A stretch of 64,000 bases of DNA. It comes from Hydrolagus colliei (lineage: Eukaryota). This document shows, piece by piece, positions 49,850-63,070 of this stretch. The stretch lies in contig CM068749.1 of assembly GCA_035084275.1 (NCBI GenBank), positions 11,966,001-12,030,000 on the forward strand, in the 5' to 3' direction. The translations under genes and the position numbers were made by a program. Below the pieces are notes generated by a model, which had not been told where the DNA came from, searched no databases, and worked only from the letters and a program-made list of their open reading frames with translations. The first letter of the stretch is position 1. Each line of letters begins with the position of its first letter.

Positions 49850-50152
49850 TGCTTTTGAAAGGCACTGGACAGTCAATGAGTTGGACTCGAGGTAGGGTTT
49901 GGAATCAGGAAGAATGGAGGGTGGGGTAGGAGGGTGATTGAAGGCGCAGCCAAAGAGAAGTGAGATGAAGGAGGAAAGGATAGGGGGTGGAGTTCCAAAG
50001 GGAGGCGGCAGGCCATGTGGGATACATGGAGCAGTTATTTGGGAGTTGACAGGTTTATATGGAGTCAAAAAGTCACAGAGGTAGGGTGGAGCAAGGCCGT
50101 TGAGGACTTCGAAGACAAGAATGAGGAATTTGGTAGGGTCATGGAGCTTGAT
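49850..50152 (-). mobile_element. Old L2 3' fragment
   Basis: KFLILVFEVLNGLAPPYLCDFLTPYKP. Confidence 0.75.
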
Positions 50153-51419
50153 GTAGGTAATTGTGGAGCTAAAAATCATCCTAAACATAGTACCCTATTC
50201 AAGTTTCAGTTTGAACTAAATAACTGAAGGACAAATATGCAGGGATGGCTTACACACAGTTTCTGATAATGTAGTAAAAGTACATTTCAGGAGCTCCATT
50301 CTCAAAAATATTAAGTAAAATTATTCAATTACTAGTTTAGCTAAATAGTAATGTAAAAAGCAGCCTATTTTTCTATGTGTTCATGAACATTTAAATCACT
50401 TTTACATAAAATCGCCTATATATTTAAATATGCATAATGTGATTCTAAACCTAAATTCAACATTGCCAATTGTATAATTGCATTGCTGCAATGCTTTAAA
50501 TTCACACAAATTCAATATTCTCCTAGATTCAAGAACAAAAACAGAAAAAATACAAATGCCAACTACTCATTCTTTCAGACAAAATTAAAATAATCAAAAA
50601 TAACTCTAAATCGAGTGCACAATTGTTTAGCCCTGACAATTTTCAATAACTGGTGGTTTCCAATGGCAACATATTCTCATCTTGGTTTTGTGAAACTAAA
50701 TTTCATACAATACAATGTTACAGATGTTATTTGAGCAAGCCAACAAAAGCATGTAAAATTAAAGCTTTGTTTAAATTTTCATTAAATGTCTGTGTCAGAG
50801 ATGAAGATTGTAATCCACATTTAAATCGAAATGCTGTGAAAGGGTTTTTCCAAGTCCAATCTCATCTGGAGTGGATAGTTTGGGGTCAATAAAAGTACAG
50901 TAATTAGGAATAAGAATGTATCTGTAACATGATAAAATCTTGACCATTTGATTTTGAAAAATCTATTCAGATTCTCAAGATCGAGGAAAGAACTGAACAC
51001 TCATTTTCTTGGAGAAAACAAAAGAATTGGGTATGAGACTAACAGCGAAACTGGCCTTGGGACACCTCATCAATATTACAGGCATCCGATCTCTCTTAAT
51101 ACTCTATTACTTAACCCTGATCTAACCATGCAATGCCTCAACCCATGTATATGTGATCATGTACTAACTATGCCTTGGCTGGCTTCTATACCCTGTTACT
51201 GAGCACTCCAAATCTGTTGAGTTAGCAGAAACTACTGGAATTAAAGTACAGTAAGATTGGAAATGTTATTCACCACTGCCCAAGAGTTTTCTTCAGTACT
51301 TCGTTACTGTATTTAAGATACATTCCCTTTACTTAAATTCCTAGAATAGTATACTGAAGAAGGGTAGCACTCTCACTAATATCTATATACTGCTAGGCGT
51401 CTAGAATATGCATCCAGAC

Positions 51420-52160
51420 TAGGGTCCTCGATATGGAAATTTTCCAATATCGATATATCGGTGAGCTCATATCGATATACACCAATATATCGATATCACC
51501 AGATTTTTTTATCCTGTGTATGCGCGCGCATTCGGAGGTGCGCGCGCATTCCGGTGTGCATGCTCTAGGCCCAGGAGGTTTGCAATGCTGGCGACAAGGT
51601 AAGTTGAAAAAGTTTTATATTATATCGATATAACCGATATATGGATATATCGCCGGACACTATATACCAATATTTTTCGATATACCAATTTTTTTTTATA
51701 CCGAATTTTTCGATATGCCAATATATTCAAATTTTCAATATCGGCATATCGATATGAAAAATTATACCGATATAACCGATATCGGTTAGGGCTAGATAAA
51801 ATAGGCACTGAGGGACTGTTTCCCCTGGTAGAAGAATCTATAACCACAGTCTTAAAATTAAGGGTCAGCCTTTTAGAACAAAGTTGAAGAAACGTTTCTT
51901 CACTCAGAGGGTAGTGAATTTATGGAATTCATTACCCCAGAAGGCTGTAGATGCTCAGTCCTTGAACATTTTCAAGGCTGAGACTGATTGATTTTTGAAA
52001 AATAGAGTGATTAGTGGATATGGGGATAGGGTTGAACATATCCTTCAGCCATGATCTTATTGAATGGCGGAGCAGGCTCGAGGGGCCGAATGGCCTAGTC
52101 CTGCTCCTAATTCTTATGTTCTTATGTTCGTATGATATATCGATATATCCCCGGACACTA
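51420..52160 (-). mobile_element. hAT MITE (about 400 bp without its nested CR1), same family as 37819-38683
   Basis: TIRs TAGGGTCCTCGATAT / ATATCCCCGGACACTA. 8-bp TSD ATCCAGAC at 51412-51419 and 52161-52168. Confidence 0.92.
51787..52130 (+). mobile_element. CR1 LINE 3' end nested in the hAT MITE
   Basis: Encodes FRTKLKKRFFTQRVVNLWNSLPQKAVDAQSLNIFK. CR1 3' stem-loop and (ttatgttc)n tail. Confidence 0.92.
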
Positions 52161-52349
52161 ATCCAGACTACAAATATTTACAATTCTCAACATGGTAACA
52201 CAACTGCTAGGAACCCACAGTATCGTATCCTGTCATGCAAATGCAACTGCTGTTAATTAGGGAGATGGTTTGAGAATCACTACTGTTTGCATGGACAACT
52301 GCATGTAAATTCATATCATGTAAATCATTTTTAAAACATCTTTCCTCAC

Positions 52350-52461
52350 CTTCTCAAGTTTAGACAAAGCTGATGAGTAGCAGTCTTTGGCCCTGAACTG
52401 CATGAATCTCATGTTAGCTGGATGGGTCAGTTCTGTGATAATACTGAGGCTGGAGAATAAT
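52350..52461 (-). CDS. KCNT2: KCNT2 coding exon D (112 nt, phase 2 to 0): [37 protein letters not shown]
   Basis: Translated by hand (absent from the ORF track). Acceptor ctccatttag|A, donor GAGAAG|gtgagg. Confidence 0.97.
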
Positions 52462-53721
52462 CTAAATGGAGAAGAGTAGACACAGCATAATTGTCAATTA
52501 CAGTGTTTTGCTATTAACAGCACAGCATTCCAACAAAGCTATCAAGCTCATATCTTTTAATGTGTTTTTTTAAATTGTTGTGAAGCTGGAAAAAATGACT
52601 TTATTACACATCCAAGTCTAATTATACCCTGTAAAATGACACATAGCCATTGAATAGAAAAGATTGGAACAATTTCAGACCATCAGTCCATGTAGACTGC
52701 ATATCCAATTTCCTTCGATAAACATGTCACTTAAAACAGATAACATTCACTGAAGGTGTTGATTATTGAAAGAAAAAAGTTTGATTTTAGATTTGACAGA
52801 AACTGGTCTGCAACAAAATGAATCTATGAAACCGATTTTTACATGGTTACATTGGTTTTGTTCAACCAGAATAATCAGAACAAGATTTGCTTGTGATTTC
52901 ATCGTCTTAGCAACGGCTTTCAGTGTATAGTGTGGGATCAGATAAGCTGATGTTGGTCTCCTGAATCTTTATTGAATGCTGTAAATGATTCTATTCTATA
53001 CAAAAAAGAATGAATTGGTTCTTCTTTTGAAAAGCTGTTTTCAAATTAAGATTGAATTTAACAATATTCGGGAATAAGATGCACTCCTAGAGAATGAAAA
53101 GAAATATAGATATACTGAGAAAGCACTGATGGTTATATTTAAAAAAGTACTTGGGGATGACCTTCTGACGTGAATGAATGCTTTATTTAAGGATTATTAT
53201 TATTACTATTATACGTTCCTGCTTTTGAAACCATATTTCTGTAAGTTATTTTAAAAACTACAAAAAAGACTTGAAAGTTGAGAATAAACTCAACAATTTG
53301 CCAAGTTCAGACATTATTATAATCAACAATAATTTTTCCATTTGGTATAGCTTTTATGTTGAGAGTCAGGATTTACTATTGGATCAGTTGAAAATAGAGA
53401 TGCTGCATTTATTAACTCTGTACTCGAAAAAGATTATTGCTGGGATAAAGTCAGGACCAATAATGCTTACACATGAACCCCAGTTGTTAAATGTCCATGG
53501 AATGAATCCAGATACAGTATATAATTCAATTAATTTAAAAATAAATGGCGAAAAAAAATTGTAATTTCTCAGATGGTTTACAATTTTGTTTGCCTAACAG
53601 AATACAAACTTCTCTTAAATTCCATAGCAGCTCATGGATAAGTGCTCAGCCGCACATATGCTGAATATAACATCAATTTAATGTAAGACTACTTTCAGAT
53701 AATAGTTTTCAATGTAACTTA

Positions 53722-53955
<234 letters not shown>

Positions 53956-56151
53956 TTACTTAAAGCCAATCATTACAGCGTTTCGAGCACAGTGAGAGAA
54001 CCTGCACACAACAGAATGCAATCACATCATTCACAGTAATGGAAATTTGCTATTAAGTTGGGTGCATGGAACCACGATTACCCCATCTTTTGTGGGCTAT
54101 ATTCCAACCAAAATTGGCCTCAATTACCCTTAATGTATCATGTTCTGAAATGGTATGAGGAATATGTTCAAAGCCCAAACTACATAGCACAATGCAGTGC
54201 TTAGCAGTCACATTCTCCAACTATAGCACGACTAAGTCACAAAAGATTAAAGTATACTGCAGCCTAAAAACTCTCCTTAGCCAATGAGCTAATGGATTTA
54301 TTTATTTATCTTTTTAAACAGACTAGCGAAGTTCTATTGTTGAATTATTACTCTTTCCATTATTATTTCTTATATTCACTGTAGTATAAATCACTGTATT
54401 AAAATATTCAGTGCAATTCCATTGTGATGTTAAAGTTTTGCTTTTAACGAACAATTTCAAATGAGAAAAATTACATTTTTCCTATTATATTTTCTTTGAC
54501 AACTTGTAGGTCTCATAAACCAATCCATCCCAAACTAGCAGTTTTGTTTACACACACTAAAGATTTGCAGTCTGTTTAACCATGAATTAATAGTAATTTA
54601 TTGTTTGTGGTATCGGCAATGTTTGGCTTGTGAATGTATCCCTTGAGAAGTGCTTCAGCCCACATGTGGAATGAGATCACATCCCACAGATCTATTTATC
54701 ATGCTATCTCTCTCTAAAAAAAAGCATGTAAACCTTCTTTTTGAACTTAATATTTTTATTCTTAATAGAATTTGTAAATGACTGTTTTTCAAACAAAACA
54801 TTGTAGAGATAGCAGAACAACTGAAAAAGCTGACCTCTGACCCATCCTGCAGTGTTGAATGATAGTAATTTTGAAATAAAATGATCTTAAGCAGTTGATT
54901 TGGTGGTAACCTGGGCAAATAATATTTAATTTCCTTTTTATTGGGGGAGAAAATAAGTCACTCAGAGGCAATGCTTTCAAAAATCAGCCCTGAACAACAT
55001 ATTTACTACTTTGCTTTTGCTTGAATACTGCTAATATTATCAAGAGGACTCGCTTGGAGTAGTTAATGAGTCTGAGATGTATGAGGAATGCCATTAATTA
55101 ACATACAATGCCATTGCTGAAGCACCCAGGTTAATGACTGTATCTAGTGATGTTAATTGAGTTTCTTCAGACACAGTAAGTATTCTCTCCAATTATGTCC
55201 TGAACACGCAAAGCAAATGTATATTTATATATAGAACATGCAAACAGCAAGGGAATTAATTATAATCAATAATAATTTGATCTTCAGTGAAAATGAGGTA
55301 TCCTCTAATAAAGCACAACAAAATATCTTGTATATCCCTGTGAAATCACCCACTTACCCACAATATGGAACAACATCAAACTGTACTAAAGGGTAAAATG
55401 CATCCATAATTTCCCTAACTCAGTTTAACTGCAATAAACTTGAAACCTAGTAATCCCAGTTATGATTCTGACTGAAATGCTCAGCACGTTGGCATATTTG
55501 GTCATCTTGAAATCCCCAATTTCCATGCTTTATGTGCATCATTACATTCCTCAAGAGTTTTTAATCAATTGTTTCAATGAAAAGCACAAGATAATTTTTT
55601 GTTTTTGTTATCAACGAATGATAATTAAACTTGAATTATAGATAGTATTTGAATACATTGGATATACCAGGAAACAAGGTCATTATACACAGGATTCTTA
55701 TAAACAGCATGTGGAGGATATGTTCAACCCGACAACTTAGCATTCAAATTTAGACTTTGTGTCCAGCTGTGAGCCACCGTATTGTGAGCAGAAAGCCATA
55801 GTTACAGCTTCTGTCTTCTGTAAAGCTTCCAATCTAATTGTATTGCAGTGCTTAGCAAACATTGTACTGTACTCGTTAGGGTAACAACAGCCAAAGGTCC
55901 AATTGGCACACAGCACATCAGTGGAGACAGATCATAAACTGTTCTCTGCTTTCAGCACAGCACCAACAACAATAATATAAGACACAATTTGCAAACTCAA
56001 AACAAAAATGAGACACATGCAATTGATTCCGTGGCATGCACATCTCTTTTCGAAAAAGTGAATCAATTTTGAACTAGAAACAGCAGTCATGCAAAAGAAA
56101 ATTGTGCAGCAGGTCACACCTTTGTATATCATGCTTCGTAATCTCACATAC

Positions 56152-56223
56152 TTGTCAATAGAGCCAACCATGTAGTAAACCATAGGAAACCAACAGATTG
56201 CCTCCAGAAAATGTACATCTGGC
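56152..56223 (-). CDS. KCNT2: KCNT2 coding exon B (72 nt, phase 2 to 2): [23 protein letters not shown](N)
   Basis: Acceptor ctttctctccag|G, donor GACAA|gtatgt. In frame with exon A. ICWFP and MVGSID are KCNT2-type residues. Confidence 0.97.
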
Positions 56224-57569
56224 CTGGAGAGAAAGCCAGAATTTAGAATGTGTAAACAATACCTCTTCAATACATACCTTTGCAACTGATGTAACATGGC
56301 TGTACCAGTGTGGGTGTATGAAATGAAAATTGATCCGATTTAAAAAATGTACGGAATTTATTTTAACCTGGAAACGCAATATTTTACAAACTAAACTCTG
56401 AGTAATGTGGTATCTCAAAATCCTTATTCATCCTCCAGGGTGCGAATCAGTACAAGTAGTTCCATACTAATCAGTTCTCAAAGCAGTTTTTCTCAGCTAC
56501 AGTCAGATAGAAAAACTTGACTTTCTTTGCTTGAATCACACATACTGTCCAGCCAGTCATTGAGATGTATTCTGCCGCTGTTATTTCTATTGCTTGAAGT
56601 GGATATATAATCTTAGGGTCGTTTTCAATGTACAGTACTATAATATTATCATACCCCCGCCTTACCTTTAGCAAACAAGTTGTTGCCAAAGTTTTATGTG
56701 GCAAATTGTTATATCATCTGACCTTTCACTGGAAGTGACTGAGTCCTGCTGGATCCTGTGTTTACTTGTGAGGAGCGAGCATTATTGGGAAACATTCACC
56801 TCTTGTTTGACTTACTAACAGGGCCATTGGGATTGGAGCCTCTCTGAAGTGGGTTAATCCTTACTTCTGGAGTTCAGCCACTTTCAGCAAAACAAAAATG
56901 ATACAGCAATTTGAACTGTGAACACAAATAATAGTCGATGTATTGGTTGACTTACTGGAGGATTCCATGTTGGAGTCAGTATTGACATAATCCTTCTATC
57001 TTTATGAACAGCTGCCTTTGCTAAGGTTTATTTTCAATCTCCAGCTGTGAACCTTTCTGGCTTCAGCCATTTCATTGTGTCCAGCTGTGTTAGAGAACAT
57101 ACTAATGCTTTGGTGTATTGAGAAAATCGTTGTATCATCTTCCCATAGCTCAAGTGTAAAATGTAAAAATGTTTACCATTGCAGCTTCTATGAGTCTCTT
57201 AGTTCAACCAATTGCACATCTGTGGAAATCGAGCAGAGCCCCATTATAACACGATAGTTGGCGGTCCACAAAATCAGGTTGTATAGGCTATTCAGCACTG
57301 CCACATTCACTGTACAAGCAGCCAGCTCCAACCATGAGTGATTTCCGTGGTGTCCTAGTGACCTAGAAGTTTGCCATTTTGTCTTCTCGGAGCCCTGATT
57401 TGAAGCGTAGACAGAGTTGCTGTCTGTGTTTTGGGGTTGATGATTTAAATATTGATGACGTCCACAACTAAACCATGCTATAAGCAAATCCGCAGTTTTA
57501 ACAAAGTCCCAAACTATATACTATATTCCAAGATATTATTGCCTAAAAGAATTAACATTTTCTGCTTCC

Positions 57570-57745
57570 ACCAACTCCCTAGTAATGTACGTTCTATACA
57601 TTTACTACTTGCTCACTGAAACAGTATTTCTGCAGATTTGTTTTGAATTTACTCCCCCACCCCTTCAATCGCAGACTATGTCCTCGGGCTGTACTGTTCT
57701 GGACAAGATAAAACATCTTTTCATTTCTTTTGGGGGGATAATTAC
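57570..57745 (-). mobile_element. CR1 LINE ORF2 C-terminal fragment
   Basis: STARGHSLRLKG...FKTNLQKYCFSEQVVNV. Confidence 0.72.
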
Positions 57746-57841
57746 CCCCGGAAAGATGATCTGCCAATTGACTAAAAGCTGGTTTCCCACTTACTGTTAG
57801 GTAAACAGAGGCGTGTGGATTTAAAAACTTTCCCAATGTTA

Positions 57842-58005
57842 TGCCCTTTTGTTCCCCCCCGAATTTTTCGACCTCCTCTACGTGTTTCACCCCTTCCCGA
57901 ACACTCCCCTCCCAGTTCGGGTCACATGCCTCCTGTGCAGCACCTTGGGACGTCCTCCCGACGTGAAAGGCGCTTTATAAGTTTAAGTTGTTGTTGTTGT
58001 TGTTG
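57842..58005 (+). mobile_element. L2 3' UTR and tail
   Basis: Collinear with 4741-4898. (GTT)n tail. Confidence 0.92.
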
Positions 58006-58272
58006 CCCTGCCCAGGAATCAAATATGTAGTACCCCATAAGTAATAATAATATAATAATATATTGTACTTTGTATCACATGTTGAATCATCTCAAAGCTT
58101 TTCACAGAATATACTGTAAAATAAATTGACTGTATATTTTGTGGACAGTATGAGTATTTAGTTACCGACACAATTAGGATAAAACTATCCTATGCAGAAT
58201 TGTGCTGTTACAAACCCAAGGTCAGATGTTTGATATGCCTTCTAAACAAAACAGTAATTGTAACTCACTTTG

Positions 58273-58815
58273 ACAAACAACAACAACAAAATTACATTTA
58301 TAGAGCGCCTTTCACGTCGAGAGGACGTCCTAAAGCGCTGAACAATCAGGTCGGGACCTGAGCAGGAGGGGGAATGGTCGGGGTAGGGGGAAGGGGAAGG
58401 AGAGTAGGAGAGGGAGAAGAGTTAGGAGGGGAGCAGAAGGCATGGTCGAAGAGGAAGGTCTTGAGACCAGCCTTGAAGGAGGAAAGAGAGGAAGTGAGGC
58501 GAAGGGATTGCGGGATGGAGTTCCACAGTGTGGGAGCAGAGAGGCTGAAAGCTCGGCCATCAATGTTAGGGAGGTGAACATGGAGCAGGCCAGAGCCTGC
58601 CGAACGGAGGGGACGGGTGGGCTGATAGGGAGACAGCAGGTCGGAGAGATAGGCGGCATCAAGGCCATGAATGGCCTTGAAGGTGAGGACTAGGATCTTG
58701 AATTCGATCCTCTGGGGGATGGGGAGACGGGTAAGGGTGTGAGTGATGTGGCCAGTGGAGACGGAGCCTGGTGCAGGAGAGTACATGAGCTGCAGGGTTT
58801 TAAATGATCTTTGAA
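58273..58815 (-). mobile_element. L2 LINE 3' end (different subfamily 3' UTR)
   Basis: LPIPQRIEFKILVLTFKAIHGL...GRAFSLSAPTLWNSIP. (CAA)n tail. Confidence 0.9.
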
Positions 58816-60399
58816 TGAAACAGGCTATTGCACTCATCTTCCTACTCAATCAGACGAAGCAATTGGGAAAATTAATTAATAAGACTAAAAAAAAATCAAA
58901 CAAAGCACATTACGATGCAAAGACTAAGCTTAGATATGAAAGCCAGCACACACAGTTTAATGCCAATGTAATGTAATTTAAATTTCTCTTCATATTTTGA
59001 TTCGTTAACTGCTTTCACTCAAAAATAGTGACAGGCTTAGAATGGTAAAGGGAGCATCATCTCTTGTCTCTGCTTCGAATATGAGGAATCCTTTATCTTT
59101 AGATATAATGGTTTATACTGCCTTCTGTGTTTGTTTTCCCTGAGCTTTCACTCACAGGCTTACAGAACTGTTGCTTCAAGTATATGTACTAGACAGAAAA
59201 ACTACAAAGAATAACAAACTTTGTATCACAGCCTTGAGAGTCTTGAATAAAACATGAGACAAAATTAGCAGCTGATGGGTCTAATGCCAAACCACTATAG
59301 GGTCTTCAATTATTTTTTTACACACTTGCAGCTATTCGGAAATGTAAGTAAGAAACTCAATGCATGCCAGAAGATGTTTATTCTGTCCCTTTCCTGAATT
59401 GAGATTACAGCAATTACCAATGTTTGCAGGAATGTATAGTACCAACAAATAATAACTACATTTCATGTAGCACCTTTTATAGTGAGAGGATGCCTCACAA
59501 GATACGTTGGTTTGCAATTTAATTTTCCACTTTCTCCTGCTTTTCCTGAATGATTACATTTCTAAGCACAGATCCATTAAAGATACAAATGCGGAATTGT
59601 TAATACATAATGTTGACTGGCCAATTCTACATTTGAGTAAAATGAATCACTTTGATCACGTAAAGGAAGTGTGTACGTTGCTGCAATAGGGGAGGATGGC
59701 GAAGGAGGCCAATGTTGTTCTTGGATGAAAATAAAGTAGGAAAAATTGAAAAATAAAACACCAACAAAAAGCAACCAATAACGATCTGAGTTACAGGAGC
59801 TAGGAATGAGATGAGCTGTAAAATTCTTGAATGAACTTTAATGTGTCAGGGAGAAAATTATTCCTGGCTAAAAGAGTGAAAGACAATGAAATCAGGAAAA
59901 CAAAAAGTACGCATATAAACTCATTCACTTATTATATTTTATAAATTTGATGCTGATTTCGTCCAAAGCTTCAATACTCCAATTTTTGAAATTTGTCCTT
60001 TCCTGCACTCAGATGATTGCAGACAGTTGATGACTAAGATTTAACACAAAACTAAATTACATTTCTCTTGGGAGTAAGGGATGACAGGCATTTTATCAAA
60101 CAGTGGCACTGAGCCACTCCACAGACATGGCAGGAAGCTTTTACACTGTCATGAGTTTGGCATGATTTGCCAGCATGTGCATTAGAAATTAAGACACAGC
60201 CATTGTGATCCTGACAACTCCCCCAGCCAATTTAACACAACGTGTATGGGCTATACCAAGGACGTCTGCATCCATATGTTATCTACAGCAAATCATATAC
60301 TCCCAGGTCCACGAGGTGCTCTCATTATTTATGGACCTGTGGTGTACTGAAGCACTGGGTAACTAAGTCTGAATGCATCTTATGCATTGTTTTTTGATA

Positions 60400-60500
60400 T
60401 ACAATTCACTTTACAGTACATTCAGTGAAGCACTTTGGGGCGTCTTGAAAAAGTGATAAGGCTAATCAAATGCAAGGATTATTATTATATCATTATTATC
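60400..60500 (+). mobile_element. SINE 3' tail
   Basis: caattcactttacagtac...gaagcactttgggg...tcaaatgcaagg(att)n. Confidence 0.75.
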
Positions 60501-62318
60501 TTCTGAATTGTATAATAGCTATAGTACTGTTATAGGCCAGTAGATGGCATTTGTAATAATGTCAATGGATGGTGCTCACCCGTGTCTGGAACATTTGATC
60601 AATATCAAATTTAACTTTCAGTATAAAATCAAGAAACCAGAGAAAATATTAATCTTGATTTAATGCTATTAAAACTCAAAGATTTGGACTGAAAGTCAAC
60701 ATTATTATTTCCCCTTAAAACTGCTAGTGTTTTAATTTTAATAATAATCCTTGCATTTGACATAGCGCTTAATATCATTTCCGGTTCATTATATTGCCTC
60801 AATTGGAAACCAGATAATTGAGACACTAAGGGATTAGTACAACAAACATCCAACACATAAGCGTACTATTCCCAAGTCATTTCGTAAAACTATTTTACTT
60901 GTAGTCAATTGCTATGTGGGAGATGTCTATGACTATGGTGCATATTTTTATGGTGTGGCTATCTCTGCAATTTTATAAGTGTATGTGCTGCCGGTTGTAA
61001 CTTGAGTCTATTCAGCAGGGCTGCTAACTTTTTGTTTTCTGATATTGAATTCTGCCTGACACTGAGAGAACTGAGGATCAGGAGCAATAGATATTGCTTG
61101 TGCTCTTAGGTTTAGACACTTGTTCATTTCTGAACCAGTGCTGCTACATCTATAGACATATCATATGCAAAGGACAATGGTATTTGACCCTGTGTTTTTC
61201 AAAATAATAACTTTTTAGTGGTATGATTCGAACATCCAATAATAAATAAAAACAATGCAAGTATTTGATGGACCGCCTTTCAAGTCAGAAGGATGTCTCA
61301 AAGTGCTTTACAGGATTTACTCTGAAGTGGAGTGACTATATGTTGTAGGTGTATCTTTTACACTGTCATGTTTGGCAGAGAATTTATCAACATGTGTGCA
61401 ATACAAATGACGATGCCATTGGGGATGGTGATGGAGCTGTGCTGTGAGCATGAATTTCTCTAAGTCTACGCGGGATGAATCCTGCTTATTTCACAAAATG
61501 AGTTGCAAGTTAGCAAGAGCCAAGATTTGGGATTGCTATACTGCATTCCAATGAGTGAATGAAGATGTATGGATTTAATTTTAAAAAGAGTTGTCATTTA
61601 ACTGGAAAGATGCCTTTGCATGTCCTATAACTGAATATTAAACGTAATATTTTGCACGTAACACTAATATAAAGCCAATTTCTGTCAGTAGATGGTGCTA
61701 TGATCTGTATATACTGTACCAGCAAAGCCGTATGAAGTGCACATTTTCGCAGTAAACATAATGTTGCAATTTGTTTCTCAAATTAAAACTGTAGTAGTGC
61801 AATAATATTGCAATTTATTCCGAGATTTCCTACACTGTTTCTTTCTACCAACTGTATCCAGGATCCTTAGATATTTTGTTGACAGCAGCTAGAAGGCACC
61901 ACGATTATAATGTGGGATTGTCTCGGGGTCTGAAAATTCACAGAGGCTGTGTAATAACAAAGCATTAAAACCTTCTGCGTCAGGACTCATACCCCATTAT
62001 GTTATTTCTTGTGTGCTATGCACATTAATTGCCCCCGTGTTGGGTACGCACAACACAAAAAAATTGTATTAGTGATTCTTCCTGCACAGGAAAGTGACAG
62101 GCACTACCCGATGAATCGAAAATTTGCCTCTTAGTGTAGGAAGGTGGCTTGTCTATGCCAGTTATACCACACGTACTTCTGGTATAAATTTTGGTCCTGC
62201 GTCCTTAGTGAATCACACGCATAAACAGTATTAGCAATCGGTTGACACAACATGTAAGCAACATACAACAGTTTTGCACTGTAAATTAACAAGGTGTTAA
62301 AGAAAAAAAAAGAACTTA

Positions 62319-62573
<255 letters not shown>

Positions 62574-63014
62574 TTAGTCCGTCAGTCTCATTTTATTTTT
62601 GTCTTGAGAGGTGGCAGCTATTGGACCATGGAACAATTATCGTGGGGCCCAGTGATTCAGCTACTCCATAAATGCATTGAACAGGGGAAATTCTGATAGA
62701 TAATTTAGTGTTTTAATAAAACACAAATTACGTTGGAGTTTCTCTTTTATTTGAAAAAAATTGATCCAAGAGGAACAAAGGAGGGAAAAGATCATAAATG
62801 TTGCATTAAACATGAATAGTATCTATTCACTTCTGATCTCAAAGATATCCCACAGACAGTGCCTTGGTCTGTGAAAGGCGCTTTGCAATTTTGTTGTTGT
62901 GACTCATAAATCACTAGTTGTACCCATTGCAGATATTCAAGCAACCAAAGGATCCAACATGGAATGTAGAGTGACACACAGAAGACAAACATTTCACCTT
63001 TATCTATAGTCATC

Positions 63015-63070
63015 TGGAGGGACTCCTGTGGGAGGACTCCTTTTGGGAGGACTCAGTGGGAGGACTCAGC
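63015..63070. repeat. Short tandem repeat, about 4 copies of (t)gggaggactc
   Basis: ggagggactcctgtgggaggactccttttgggaggactcagtgggaggactcag. Confidence 0.8.
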
